Origin: Paenirhodobacter sp.
Lineage (GTDB): Bacteria; Pseudomonadota; Alphaproteobacteria; Rhodobacterales; Rhodobacteraceae
Assembly: GCA_036398515.1 (NCBI GenBank)
Contig: DASWPI010000080.1
Location: forward strand, 9,536 to 73,535
Direction of reading: 5' to 3'
DNA: 64,000 bases
A program made the position numbers and the translations under genes. This document shows positions 31,486-42,163 of the stretch, in pieces; position 1 is the first letter of the stretch, and every line of letters starts with the position of its first letter. The notes under the pieces were generated by a model that was given only the letters and a program-made list of their open reading frames with translations, made no database searches and was not told where the DNA came from.

Positions 31486-33297
31486 ATGGCACGCGCACCT
31501 CTTTTACAATTGAATGGCATCTCGCTGACCTTCGGCGGCAATCCTGTTTTCGACGGGCTGGATCTGGTGGTCCAGCAGGGGGACCGGGTCGCCCTGGTCG
31601 GTCGGAATGGCTCGGGGAAATCCACCTTGATGAAGGTGATGGCCGGGTTGATCGAACCGGACCGCGGTGGCTGTGTGGTCTCGGCGGGAACGCATGTCGG
31701 CTATATGGAGCAGGAACCCGATCTGTCGGGCTTTGCGACGCTGGGTGATTTCGCTGCCTCCGGGCTGAGCGATATGGACCATTACAAGATCGACATGGTT
31801 GCCGAGGGGCTGAAGTTCCGGCCCGAAGCCGATGTGGCTACGGCCTCGGGTGGGGAACGGCGGCGCGCGGCGCTGGCGAAACTGCTGGCCGAGGCGCCGG
31901 AATTGATGCTGCTGGACGAACCGACCAACCATCTGGACATCGAGGCCATCGCCTGGCTGGAACGGGAATTGAAAGAGACGCGGGCCGGATATGTGCTGAT
32001 TTCGCACGACCGGGCGTTCTTGCGCAATCTGACGCGGGCGACCCTGTGGATCGACCGGGGGCAGGTGCGTCGGCAAGAACGTGGGTTTGAGGCCTTTGAG
32101 GAATGGCGCGAGCAGGTCTGGACCGAAGAGGATGAGGCCCGCCACAAGCTGGACCGCAAGATCAAGGCCGAGGCTAAATGGGCCGTCGAGGGCATTTCGG
32201 CCCGGCGTAAGCGCAATATGGGCCGGGTGCGGGCGTTGCAGGATCTGCGCGAACAACGCGCGGGCCAGATCCGCCGTCAGGGTGTGGCGGCGATGGAGAT
32301 CGATTCGGGCAACCAGTCCGGCAAGCGGGTGATCGAGGCGCAGGGGCTGGAAAAACGCTTTGGCGACAAGACCATCGTCGCGGGTTTCGATCTGCGGGTG
32401 ATCCGTGGCGACCGGGTGGCTTTCGTCGGACCGAACGGGGTGGGCAAGACCACCTTGCTGAAGATGCTGACCGGTGAAATCATGCCCGATGCCGGGGTGG
32501 TGACGCTGGGCACCAATCTGGAGGTGGCGGTGTTCGATCAGGCGCGCGCCACGCTGGATTTCAGCATGACGCTGTGGGACGGGCTGGTGAATGATCCCGA
32601 TATGCGGGTATCTGGCCGGGCCGATCAGGTCATGGTGCGCGGCACGCCGAAACATGTGGTGGCCTATCTGAAGGATTTCCTGTTCGACGAATCGCAGGTG
32701 CGGGCCCCGATCGGATCGCTGTCGGGGGGCGAGCGTGCGCGGCTGTTGCTGGCGCGGATCATGGCGCGGCCGTCGAACCTGTTGATTCTGGATGAACCGA
32801 CCAACGATCTGGACGTGGAAACGCTGGATCTGCTGCAAGATATCCTGGGCGATTATCAGGGCACGGTGCTGCTGGTCAGCCACGACCGCGATTTCATCGA
32901 CCGGGTGGCAACCACGACCATTGTGATGGAAGGCGATGGCCGGGCGACGGTTTATGCGGGCGGCTGGACGGATTATCAGGCGCAGAAGGCCCTGGCGGTG
33001 ACCGAGGCGCAGTCCGAGGCCAAACCCGCGCCCAAGGCCGTGGTGGCGGAAAAGCCCGCGCCGGTGGCGAAGAAATCCGGGCTGAGTTTTACCGAAAAAC
33101 ACCGATTGGACAGCCTGCCGGGCATCATCGAAAAACTGGAATTCGAGATCGGCAAGCTGCACGAATTGCTGGCCGATCCGGCGTTGTTCGGTCGCGAACC
33201 GGTGAAATTCCGCAAGGCGACCGATATGCTGGCTGAACGGCAGGCGACATTGGCCGCGGCTGAGCAGGAATGGCTGACGCTGGAGGAAAAGGCGTAA
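31486..33297 (+). CDS. uup: ABC-F family ATPase (Uup-like)
   Basis: 603 aa with two ABC cassettes (GRNGSGKST...LSGGERRR...LLLDEPTNHLD and GPNGVGKTT...LSGGERAR...LILDEPTNDLD). It has no transmembrane domain and a C-terminal coiled coil. Confidence 0.9.
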   Translation: MARAPLLQLNGISLTFGGNPVFDGLDLVVQQGDRVALVGRNGSGKSTLMKVMAGLIEPDRGGCVVSAGTHVGYMEQEPDLSGFATLGDFAASGLSDMDHYKIDMVAEGLKFRPEADVATASGGERRRAALAKLLAEAPELMLLDEPTNHLDIEAIAWLERELKETRAGYVLISHDRAFLRNLTRATLWIDRGQVRRQERGFEAFEEWREQVWTEEDEARHKLDRKIKAEAKWAVEGISARRKRNMGRVRALQDLREQRAGQIRRQGVAAMEIDSGNQSGKRVIEAQGLEKRFGDKTIVAGFDLRVIRGDRVAFVGPNGVGKTTLLKMLTGEIMPDAGVVTLGTNLEVAVFDQARATLDFSMTLWDGLVNDPDMRVSGRADQVMVRGTPKHVVAYLKDFLFDESQVRAPIGSLSGGERARLLLARIMARPSNLLILDEPTNDLDVETLDLLQDILGDYQGTVLLVSHDRDFIDRVATTTIVMEGDGRATVYAGGWTDYQAQKALAVTEAQSEAKPAPKAVVAEKPAPVAKKSGLSFTEKHRLDSLPGIIEKLEFEIGKLHELLADPALFGREPVKFRKATDMLAERQATLAAAEQEWLTLEEKA

Positions 33298-33340
33298 CGG
33301 CGGAAATCCGCCTTGCCTGACCCCGGCGGATGTATAGGCT

Positions 33341-33775
33341 GTGCCAAATTCCCGGAGGCATGCCTTGGCAGATGACTTGAACCGGCTTTCCCGATGCCTC
33401 TGCGCGGCTGCGCTGTTCTTGCCGGGCGTGGCGATGGCGCAGGATGTCGTGGTGCCTTCGGGCCAGCCGGTGCAATGGATCGAGACCCTGCGTGACCTGC
33501 AGGGGCCATCGGGTCTGACGTTGCGGTTTCGCTTTGTGGCGCCGGAACTGGGCACGCCACAGGCGGTTTCGCAAGATCAGCTGGAGGCTGATATGCAGGC
33601 GCTATGCGACGGTTATGCGCTGCCCCGGGTGGCCGCAACCGGGCCGCAACCGGCGCAGATCGTGATCAGCCTGTCCAGCAAGGTGATTCCCTTTGGCGAA
33701 TCCGATGCCACCGTGGCGCAATTTTTCGACGCCTATTCCATCGTGGACGGTGTGTGCAGCTGGGATATGTTCTGA
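33341..33775 (+). CDS. hypothetical secreted protein
   Basis: Signal-like segment CLCAAALFLPGVAMAQD followed by about 110 aa with no motif I recognise. The start codon is uncertain. Confidence 0.5.
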   Translation: MPNSRRHALADDLNRLSRCLCAAALFLPGVAMAQDVVVPSGQPVQWIETLRDLQGPSGLTLRFRFVAPELGTPQAVSQDQLEADMQALCDGYALPRVAATGPQPAQIVISLSSKVIPFGESDATVAQFFDAYSIVDGVCSWDMF

Positions 33776-33966
33776 TCGGGCGGCGATATTCCGCGTCTGA
33801 CGATAAAGCAGCCCGCAATATGTCATAAATGCGATTTGGGCGCTTCCAGCTTGCACGTTCCCGCGATAGTTTCGGCATGAGTTGGAATTGTCCGACTCAT
33901 GACATGTTCGGGCGGATGGTCCATGTGCCTGTGCATGGTGAAGCCACCGTCTAAATGGAGTTGAAA

Positions 33967-34092
33967 ATGTCGAAAGCTCTTATCGCCGTCGCCCTTGTTG
34001 CATTTGTCGCCGCTTGTGCGCCGAAGCCCGAACCGGTTGCTCCGGCTCCGGCTCCTGTGACCACCGAACCGACCTATCACAGCAAGCTCTGA
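33967..34092 (+). CDS. small lipoprotein (41 aa), absent from the ORF track
   Basis: The ATG at 33967 follows GGAG. The product is MSKALIAVALVAFVAACAPKPEPVAPAPAPVTTEPTYHSKL, with lipobox VAAC and a Pro-rich tail. A hairpin at 34101-34131 follows. Confidence 0.55.
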   Translation: MSKALIAVALVAFVAACAPKPEPVAPAPAPVTTEPTYHSKL

Positions 34093-34264
34093 TTGGTTTC
34101 ACCGGGGGCTCGGTAATTCTGTGCCCCCGGTCCTGCTTGGCCGGGGCTTTGTGCTTTGGCCAAGGTTCGCTTATCCGAATAATACGGATTCGCGGAAAAA
34201 TCTGCCGCCTGTGGTTGCGTCTTGTCGCGGGCGCAGGCAAAGCCTCTGCGCAGGAGGTATTCCC

Positions 34265-34651
34265 ATGTTGAAACATCGTGGATTTCCGGGACGTTTGACC
34301 GGAACAGATCACCAGTTCGTCATTCGTCGGGCGAACAAGGCCGGTGCGACCAAGATCATCCGTCGTGAACGCTACAAAGACCGTGCGGCGACGGATCGGC
34401 GTGCCGATGCGGGCTTCATGGCCGCGCTATGGACCAATTTTGGGGAAGAACCGTTTGAGCGTGGCAATCTGGATGCCGGGCGTCTGAGCTGGTTGATCGG
34501 ACGCGAAGTGGTCTGGGCCGAAGAACCCAGTGACCCCGCATCCTATGATCAACTTCTGAAAATAGATGTGAAACGGGCGCAGGCGTCCTTTCCCGAAGTG
34601 TTCGACGACCCCGATGCCTTTGAATGGGATGAGGCGGACGACGAGGACTAG
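34265..34651 (+). CDS. hypothetical protein (128 aa, acidic C-terminus)
   Basis: The ATG at 34265 follows GCAGGAGG. The product reads MLKHRGFPGRLTGTDHQF...FEWDEADDED. No family recognised. Confidence 0.5.
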   Translation: MLKHRGFPGRLTGTDHQFVIRRANKAGATKIIRRERYKDRAATDRRADAGFMAALWTNFGEEPFERGNLDAGRLSWLIGREVVWAEEPSDPASYDQLLKIDVKRAQASFPEVFDDPDAFEWDEADDED

Positions 34652-34849
34652 GCCGGGGCGCTCTGGGCGCGATTCAGCCAATATTTTCCGTCATATGGCA
34701 GATTATCGCCGAACCGGGCGGGGTGTGCGGAATTGCTTTTGCCAAGGCCCGGTCCGGGCGGCACTGTGCGGGGGTGTCCTGCGGTCGTGTTTCGTTTGAT
34801 CGTCTGCGGACAGGGGCGCGGTTCACATCCCTTACCCTTCCTGTGCCTT

Positions 34850-34881
34850 ACGGGCCGGTCGTCTGGCCGGTCCGTTTTTTT
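34850..34881 (+). terminator. orphan Rho-independent terminator
   Basis: ACGGGCCGG-TCGTCTGG-CCGGTCCGT (9 bp with one G.U pair) followed by TTTTTTT. It lies 200 nt after the nearest upstream stop. Confidence 0.65.
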
Positions 34882-35037
34882 GATGGAATATCACGTTCGG
34901 CACCGTCGGCGCCTCGCCGCCGACGTCTGTGAACCGGCGTGGCAGATCGGGGCGGGCGCTAAAGGTTGCGGTTTTCCTTGCCATCGGGCTGAGGTAAACT
35001 ACTTGGGAATGACATCCTTTTTCAGAGGCAAACGACA

Positions 35038-35241
35038 ATGCGCCGTATTCATATCCTTCTTGCCCTTGTTGCCGTGACCGCCGTGGCGGGTTGCGAAAGC
35101 CAAGGTGGCCGCGCGCTGGCCGGTGCCGGTGCCGGTGCGGTTATCGCCGATGCGACCGATCAGAACATTGTGGCTGGCGCGGCCTTGGGCGCGCTGGCGG
35201 GCGGCGCAAGCTGCAACCTGGGCGTTGGCGGCCGCTGCTGA
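35038..35241 (+). CDS. small glycine-zipper lipoprotein
   Basis: The product is MRRIHILLALVAVTAVAGC (lipobox) followed by Gly/Ala zipper repeats [12 protein letters not shown]...AGAALGALAGGA. Confidence 0.65.
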   Translation: MRRIHILLALVAVTAVAGCESQGGRALAGAGAGAVIADATDQNIVAGAALGALAGGASCNLGVGGRC

Positions 35242-35277
35242 TCGCAGCGCGTTTCCCGCAAGGGCCTGAAATCAGTA

Positions 35278-35312
35278 ATGCCACCGGACGCATCCGTCCG
35301 GTGGCATTTTTT
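35278..35312 (+). terminator. Rho-independent terminator
   Basis: The 13-bp stem ATGCCACCGGACG-CATC-CGTCCGGTGGCAT is followed by TTTTT. Confidence 0.75.
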
Positions 35313-35334
35313 GTGATCTGATCACACCCGCGTT

Positions 35335-35823
35335 CTAGCCGCCGACGCGATTTCCGCCGGAATTGTTGAGCGTGGCTGGCGCATTGCGGATCTCCTCCCG
35401 CCGGATCGGCATTTTGTCGATCGCGCTGGTGATTTCGCGGCCGCCGCGCGGTGTCGGCTTGCGCTGTGCCACGGTGCCATCCTTTTCCACGACGACGATG
35501 GAGAACCCACGCGGACGCAGGGTGCGGCGGACATCGGACATTGTCTCTGGGTCGGTGTCGGTGATGATCACCACATCGCGCGCGGCCAGATCGGGCCAGG
35601 CGGCCTGTAACGACCGCATCTGTTCCTGAAACGCCGGATCTGCGGCGCTGTCGGCAAACACCACCACGGGCCGTTTGTGCCAGATGAAATCCTGCATGTT
35701 GGCCTGTGCGGCGGGCAGGGGGGCGAAATCTGCGATTTCTTGCGCAGACAGCCCGGCCCCTGACGACAGGATCACGGGAGTGGCAAGGAACAGGGCGGCG
35801 GTAAACCGTAGTGTTCGGATCAT
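35335..35823 (-). CDS. DUF4174 domain-containing periplasmic protein
   Basis: Signal peptide MIRTLRFTAALFLATPVILSSGAGLSAQ. WHKRPVVVFADS and FSIVVVEKDGTV match my recollection of DUF4174 (thioredoxin-like). Confidence 0.65.
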   Translation of the reverse strand: MIRTLRFTAALFLATPVILSSGAGLSAQEIADFAPLPAAQANMQDFIWHKRPVVVFADSAADPAFQEQMRSLQAAWPDLAARDVVIITDTDPETMSDVRRTLRPRGFSIVVVEKDGTVAQRKPTPRGGREITSAIDKMPIRREEIRNAPATLNNSGGNRVGG

Positions 35824-35936
35824 CGGGATCTCCTCTGATCAACATATAGGTGGCTTTGGTGGTTCGCGCCATGGGCTTGGGCCGGAACATCGACCGGCAA
35901 CGCTTGCAGCGCGGGCACGGCGGGGTATGTTAGGGC

Positions 35937-36647
35937 ATGGACCATTCCGTTTCCCTTTGGACAAGGATCGCCGACGCGCTAGCCGCCCTGACCAGGGGCG
36001 AGGGGCTGGCGGTGGTTTTTGATCATCTGCGCGCGCCACCCGAACGGTCGGTCGCCTTTACCATCGCGGTGATCGCGCTTGGTGCTAAAATGGCCAAGGC
36101 CGACGGCCGCGTCACGCGTGACGAGGTCGCCGCTTTCCGCCGGATCTTTCAGATCCCGCCGGGCGAAGAGACGCATGCCGCACGTGTGTTTGATCTGGCG
36201 CGTACCGATATTGCCGGTTTCGATGCCTATGCCCGCAAGATCGCGGCGATGTTCGGCCCGCGCAGCGCCGCCCTGCGCCATGTGTTGGAAGGGTTGTTCG
36301 CCATCGCTGTCGCCGATGGCGATTATCACGAAAGCGAGGAATATTTCCTGCGCGAGGTCACCCGGATCTTCGGTTTTGACGACACCTGCTTTCTGTCGAT
36401 GCGGGCGGGCTTCGTGCCGGATGCAGAGCCCGATCCCTGGACCGTGCTGGAACTGGCGCCGGGGACGCCGATGGATCAGGTCAAGGCGCGCTGGAAGGAT
36501 GCCGTGCGCGAGGCCCACCCCGACCATGCCATCGCCAGTGGCCTGCCGCGACAGGCGATCCGTCTGGCCGAGGAACGCGTCATGGCGTTGAACCGTGCCT
36601 GGCAGCAGATCCGCGAAGGGATGCGCAATGCGCATGGCAACCTATAA
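35937..36647 (+). CDS. TerB-like + J-domain co-chaperone (DjlA-like, no obvious TM segment)
   Basis: The TerB-like region reads GAKMAKADGRVTRDEVAAFRRIF...IAVADGDYHESEEYFL. The C-terminal J domain reads DPWTVLELAPGTPMDQVKARWKDAVREAHPDH and carries HPD. Confidence 0.8.
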   Translation: MDHSVSLWTRIADALAALTRGEGLAVVFDHLRAPPERSVAFTIAVIALGAKMAKADGRVTRDEVAAFRRIFQIPPGEETHAARVFDLARTDIAGFDAYARKIAAMFGPRSAALRHVLEGLFAIAVADGDYHESEEYFLREVTRIFGFDDTCFLSMRAGFVPDAEPDPWTVLELAPGTPMDQVKARWKDAVREAHPDHAIASGLPRQAIRLAEERVMALNRAWQQIREGMRNAHGNL

Positions 36648-37641
36648 CGTTGAATGGTTCAATGGCCTGTTCGACCGTCAGGGCCGGTTGCTGGACGATG
36701 ACGGCTGGTCCGCACGATATGGGGTGACGCGGGCGCAGCAGCTGGGGGCGTTGGGAATCGTTTTTACCGCCGTTGATGCCGATGTGTTTTTGGTGGTTGA
36801 GGCGCCCGATGATGCGGACGGCCATCGGACTTTTGATCAGCTGGAACGCTTTGCAGCGCGGTTCGGGTTGCGTCAGCGCCGCGCCATGCTGGGCTATGCA
36901 AATGATTCACAACAGGAAATCGCGCTGTTATATGACCCCGATGTTGTGACCATCGACCATGATCCGCATCCCGGAACGGCCGAGGCGCCGCGCTTTGACA
37001 AGCGGTTGAGTATTGATCTGGATATAGATGACCGTCTGGATACGGTGATTTTTTCCAAGCCGCCCCTGGAGGCGCGCATGCGGACCGGGGCAGGGCGTGA
37101 TCTGCGGCTGATCGGGGTGCATATCAAATCCAAAGCGCCGCATGGGGCCACCGATCCGGCGGCTATCGTGCGGCAGGCCATCGAGAACCGGCGCAAGCAA
37201 TTGGCGCAATGCATCTGGTTGCGGCGCCGGATCGACCAGCATCTGGATGCGGGCGATACCTGTATAGTGCTGGGGGATTTCAATGACGGGCCGGGTCTGG
37301 ATGAATATGAACGGCTGTTCGGGCGCTCGGGGTTGGATATCGTTGTGGGCGAGGGCTTGCCACCCGCGCGGCGCATGCGCGACCCGCATGTGCGCCTGAG
37401 CAGCCATCACCCACTGACCGCACAACCGGCCTCGGCGCGATTTTACCGCAACGATCTGCATCAGTATTTTTCGGCGATGCTGGATTATATCCTGTTGTCC
37501 CCCGATCTATGCGCCGATGCGCCGGCTTGGCGGATCTGGCATCCGTTCGATGATCCGGGCTGTTACCGGGTGCCCGAACTGCGCGAGGCCCTGTTGCAGG
37601 CCTCGGACCATTTTCCGGTCAGTGTGGATATCGCGTTGTAG
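36628..37641 (+). CDS. endonuclease/exonuclease/phosphatase (EEP) family protein
   Basis: Contains MRMATYNVEWF, FLVVEAP, LGDFNDGP and ASDHFPVSVDI, the hallmark EEP motifs. It overlaps the preceding gene by 20 nt. Confidence 0.75.
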   Translation: MRMATYNVEWFNGLFDRQGRLLDDDGWSARYGVTRAQQLGALGIVFTAVDADVFLVVEAPDDADGHRTFDQLERFAARFGLRQRRAMLGYANDSQQEIALLYDPDVVTIDHDPHPGTAEAPRFDKRLSIDLDIDDRLDTVIFSKPPLEARMRTGAGRDLRLIGVHIKSKAPHGATDPAAIVRQAIENRRKQLAQCIWLRRRIDQHLDAGDTCIVLGDFNDGPGLDEYERLFGRSGLDIVVGEGLPPARRMRDPHVRLSSHHPLTAQPASARFYRNDLHQYFSAMLDYILLSPDLCADAPAWRIWHPFDDPGCYRVPELREALLQASDHFPVSVDIAL

Positions 37642-37645
37642 CGCG

Positions 37646-39202
37646 TCAGACCCGCTCGACGATGGGGGTAGCCTTCATCGCGCTGGCCAGCGATTGGAAC
37701 CGGGCCTCGGTCACCTCGCCGAACAGTGGTTCGCCGCGCGCGCTCAGTCGCAGGGTCAGCTGATTTTTCTTTGATTGGTAATCCAGGCTGGCGATCTGGG
37801 CCAGATCGGGGGAAGAAAACATTGCGCCAAAGCGCATCGCCTTGCCCAGAATTTCGGCCTCGCGGATCTGTTCGGTGGTCAGCAGCGAAAACAAGGGCTC
37901 AAACCGTGATCCGCTGCGGGAGTTCTTGTAGCGATGCAGCAGCGCCAGGCCGATGAACACGCGCTCGGGGTGACTGAGCGCGGCCATGTCGGCGCGGGTG
38001 GCATTGTCGAAACAGGCCTCGGCACGGTAATCTGGATGGGTGCGCCAGGTGGTGTCGTGCAGATAGCAGGCGGCCCGATGAATGCGGTAACGGTCGGGCG
38101 GGATGATGCCAAAGATCGGTGCGATGAACCGATGCAGGGTTTTGGCGAAACCGGGCACGCGGGCCTGGGTTTTTTCGGCGTAGCGGCAGGCCTCGATCGG
38201 CGGGTCACGGGTGCGCAGCCGATCCGGCATTTTTTCGTACAGCAGGCCCTCGCGGATGCCATAAGAGGAAACGTCGATCTCCTTCGGCTTGAACGTCTGG
38301 ATCAATTCGCGCAGCACCAGACTGGCCAGCGGCACCAGTTCCATCCGCGCGGCGGAGGTGCCGGTTTGGGCGCGTAGTTGATTCAGCTCACTTTTCTCGA
38401 TCCAGTCCAGCGTTTTCAGCAGGTTGTCTGGTTCCATCCGGTATTCGTGCAGCACCAGCAACGGATAGCCTCGCCGCTCCATATCCAGTCGCGCGATGGC
38501 CCGCCATGACCCGCCCACCAGATAGATCCGTTCATGGCCCAGCCCCACGGCCGCCACCAGATCCGCGATCACCGTCTGGATATGGGCGATCAGCTCTTTG
38601 CGGCCACCCTTGATCTGCTGCAACCGGAAGGGGCCCAGTTGCGATGTGGCGCGCCGCCCCACGGTGCCATTGCCGATCTCGGCCAGCTCCATCGAGTTGC
38701 CGCCGATGTCGCAGATCAGACCCTGCGCCTCGGGCCAGCCCAGAAACACGCCCTGGGCCGACAGGCGTGCCTCTTCGGGGCCGTCGATGATATGCAGACT
38801 CAGCCCGGTTTCGCGTTCCAGAATGGCGCGGAATTCCGGGCCGTCCTCGGCGTCGCGCATGGCGGCCGTGGCCACGCAGGTCAAGGGGCCGATGTTCAGC
38901 CCCTTGGCCACCGCCGCAAACCGGATCAGCGCCGTCAGCGCGCGTTCGCGCCCCTTGGGGCTGAGCCTGCCGGTTTCCGCCAGTCCCTGCCCCAGACCCG
39001 CCATGACCTTTTCATTGAAGAAATAGGCCGGTGAGCGCGCCGCACCGTCAAAAACCACCATTCGGACCGAGTTCGACCCGACATCCACCACGCCAACACG
39101 GCTGAGCGCGCGGGCGGAGGGGTCATCGAACAACGGTTTCCCGAACGGGTCCCATTCATCGGCTTCGTGTGCCACTCGTGGGCCTTCGGTTGCTGCGTCC
39201 AT
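37646..39202 (-). CDS. ppx: exopolyphosphatase (Ppx/GppA family)
   Basis: Contains VVDVGSNSVRMVVFDG and DIGGNSMEL (ASKHA fold), plus an HD-like C-terminal domain (LHDTTW). Confidence 0.9.
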   Translation of the reverse strand: MDAATEGPRVAHEADEWDPFGKPLFDDPSARALSRVGVVDVGSNSVRMVVFDGAARSPAYFFNEKVMAGLGQGLAETGRLSPKGRERALTALIRFAAVAKGLNIGPLTCVATAAMRDAEDGPEFRAILERETGLSLHIIDGPEEARLSAQGVFLGWPEAQGLICDIGGNSMELAEIGNGTVGRRATSQLGPFRLQQIKGGRKELIAHIQTVIADLVAAVGLGHERIYLVGGSWRAIARLDMERRGYPLLVLHEYRMEPDNLLKTLDWIEKSELNQLRAQTGTSAARMELVPLASLVLRELIQTFKPKEIDVSSYGIREGLLYEKMPDRLRTRDPPIEACRYAEKTQARVPGFAKTLHRFIAPIFGIIPPDRYRIHRAACYLHDTTWRTHPDYRAEACFDNATRADMAALSHPERVFIGLALLHRYKNSRSGSRFEPLFSLLTTEQIREAEILGKAMRFGAMFSSPDLAQIASLDYQSKKNQLTLRLSARGEPLFGEVTEARFQSLASAMKATPIVERV

Positions 39203-39247
39203 CGTCTTATCCTGCCGTCTCTCGGGGCGTCGGGCGCACTTTACCCG

Positions 39248-41434
<2,187 letters not shown>

Positions 41435-41464
41435 TGTAATGCTGTTGTGACAGTCTTGACCGGG

Positions 41465-42136
41465 TCAGGCCAAACTGTCCAGCACCTCGGCGGCCATGAC
41501 GCGGGTCAGGGGGCGGCCCTCGGCCACTGCGCGCGCATCCAGCGCCGTGACCAGCCGCCGTGCGGTGCCCAAAGACCGGTCCATGCGCGTCACCAGCCAC
41601 GGGATCAGGCTGTGCGGCACCTTGGTCTGGCGGTCGTTGAACAGCTTGACCAGCACCGCTGACAGCAGCGCGTCATCGGGCGCGGCGATCCGCACCAAGG
41701 CGCTGGCGGTAACCCGGCTGATCAGGTCGGGTAGGGTCAGGCCCCAGTCGCGCGGCGGTGCATTGGCGGTCAGCAACAGCAACCCGCCCTCGGCCTGCAT
41801 CAGGTTGTGAAGATGGAACAGGGCCGCCTGGCCGCCCGCCGTGGCGGTATGCTGGGCGTCCTCGATCACGGCGGCGCGGGCGTGGACCAGACGGGGGGCA
41901 TCGGCCTCGGTCAGGTCGCGTGCGGCAAGAATCGGGGCATCCTGCGCCTCGGCCCAGATCGCGGCCAGATGCGATTTTCCGGCGCCTTCGGGACCAACCA
42001 GCACCATCCGCCCCATCGGCCAGCCCTGCGGCACATCCAGCGACGCCAGCGCCAGCGCATTTGCGGGCGATACGAAAAAATCATCCCGGCCCCGCGCCTG
42101 CCGCACAGGAAGGTCAAGGATCATCTGGCGGGTCAT
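41465..42136 (-). CDS. hda: DnaA regulatory inactivator Hda (HdaA)
   Basis: 223 aa with QMILDL (clamp-binding-like N-terminus), GPEGAGKSHL (Walker A) and a DnaA-AAA+-like fold. Confidence 0.85.
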   Translation of the reverse strand: MTRQMILDLPVRQARGRDDFFVSPANALALASLDVPQGWPMGRMVLVGPEGAGKSHLAAIWAEAQDAPILAARDLTEADAPRLVHARAAVIEDAQHTATAGGQAALFHLHNLMQAEGGLLLLTANAPPRDWGLTLPDLISRVTASALVRIAAPDDALLSAVLVKLFNDRQTKVPHSLIPWLVTRMDRSLGTARRLVTALDARAVAEGRPLTRVMAAEVLDSLA

Positions 42137-42163
42137 GCGGTATGCGGTTTCCTTGGGTCGCCG

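Noticed and set aside
31504-33555. 683-aa ORF antisense to the ABC-F ATPase
   Set aside because: Shadow ORF. The plus strand carries two complete ABC cassettes.
34733-35077. 114-aa plus-strand ORF in the 34.65-35.04 kb gap
   Set aside because: It runs through a strong intrinsic terminator and into the next gene's start. It has no RBS and a Cys/Arg/Gly-rich composition that does not look coding.
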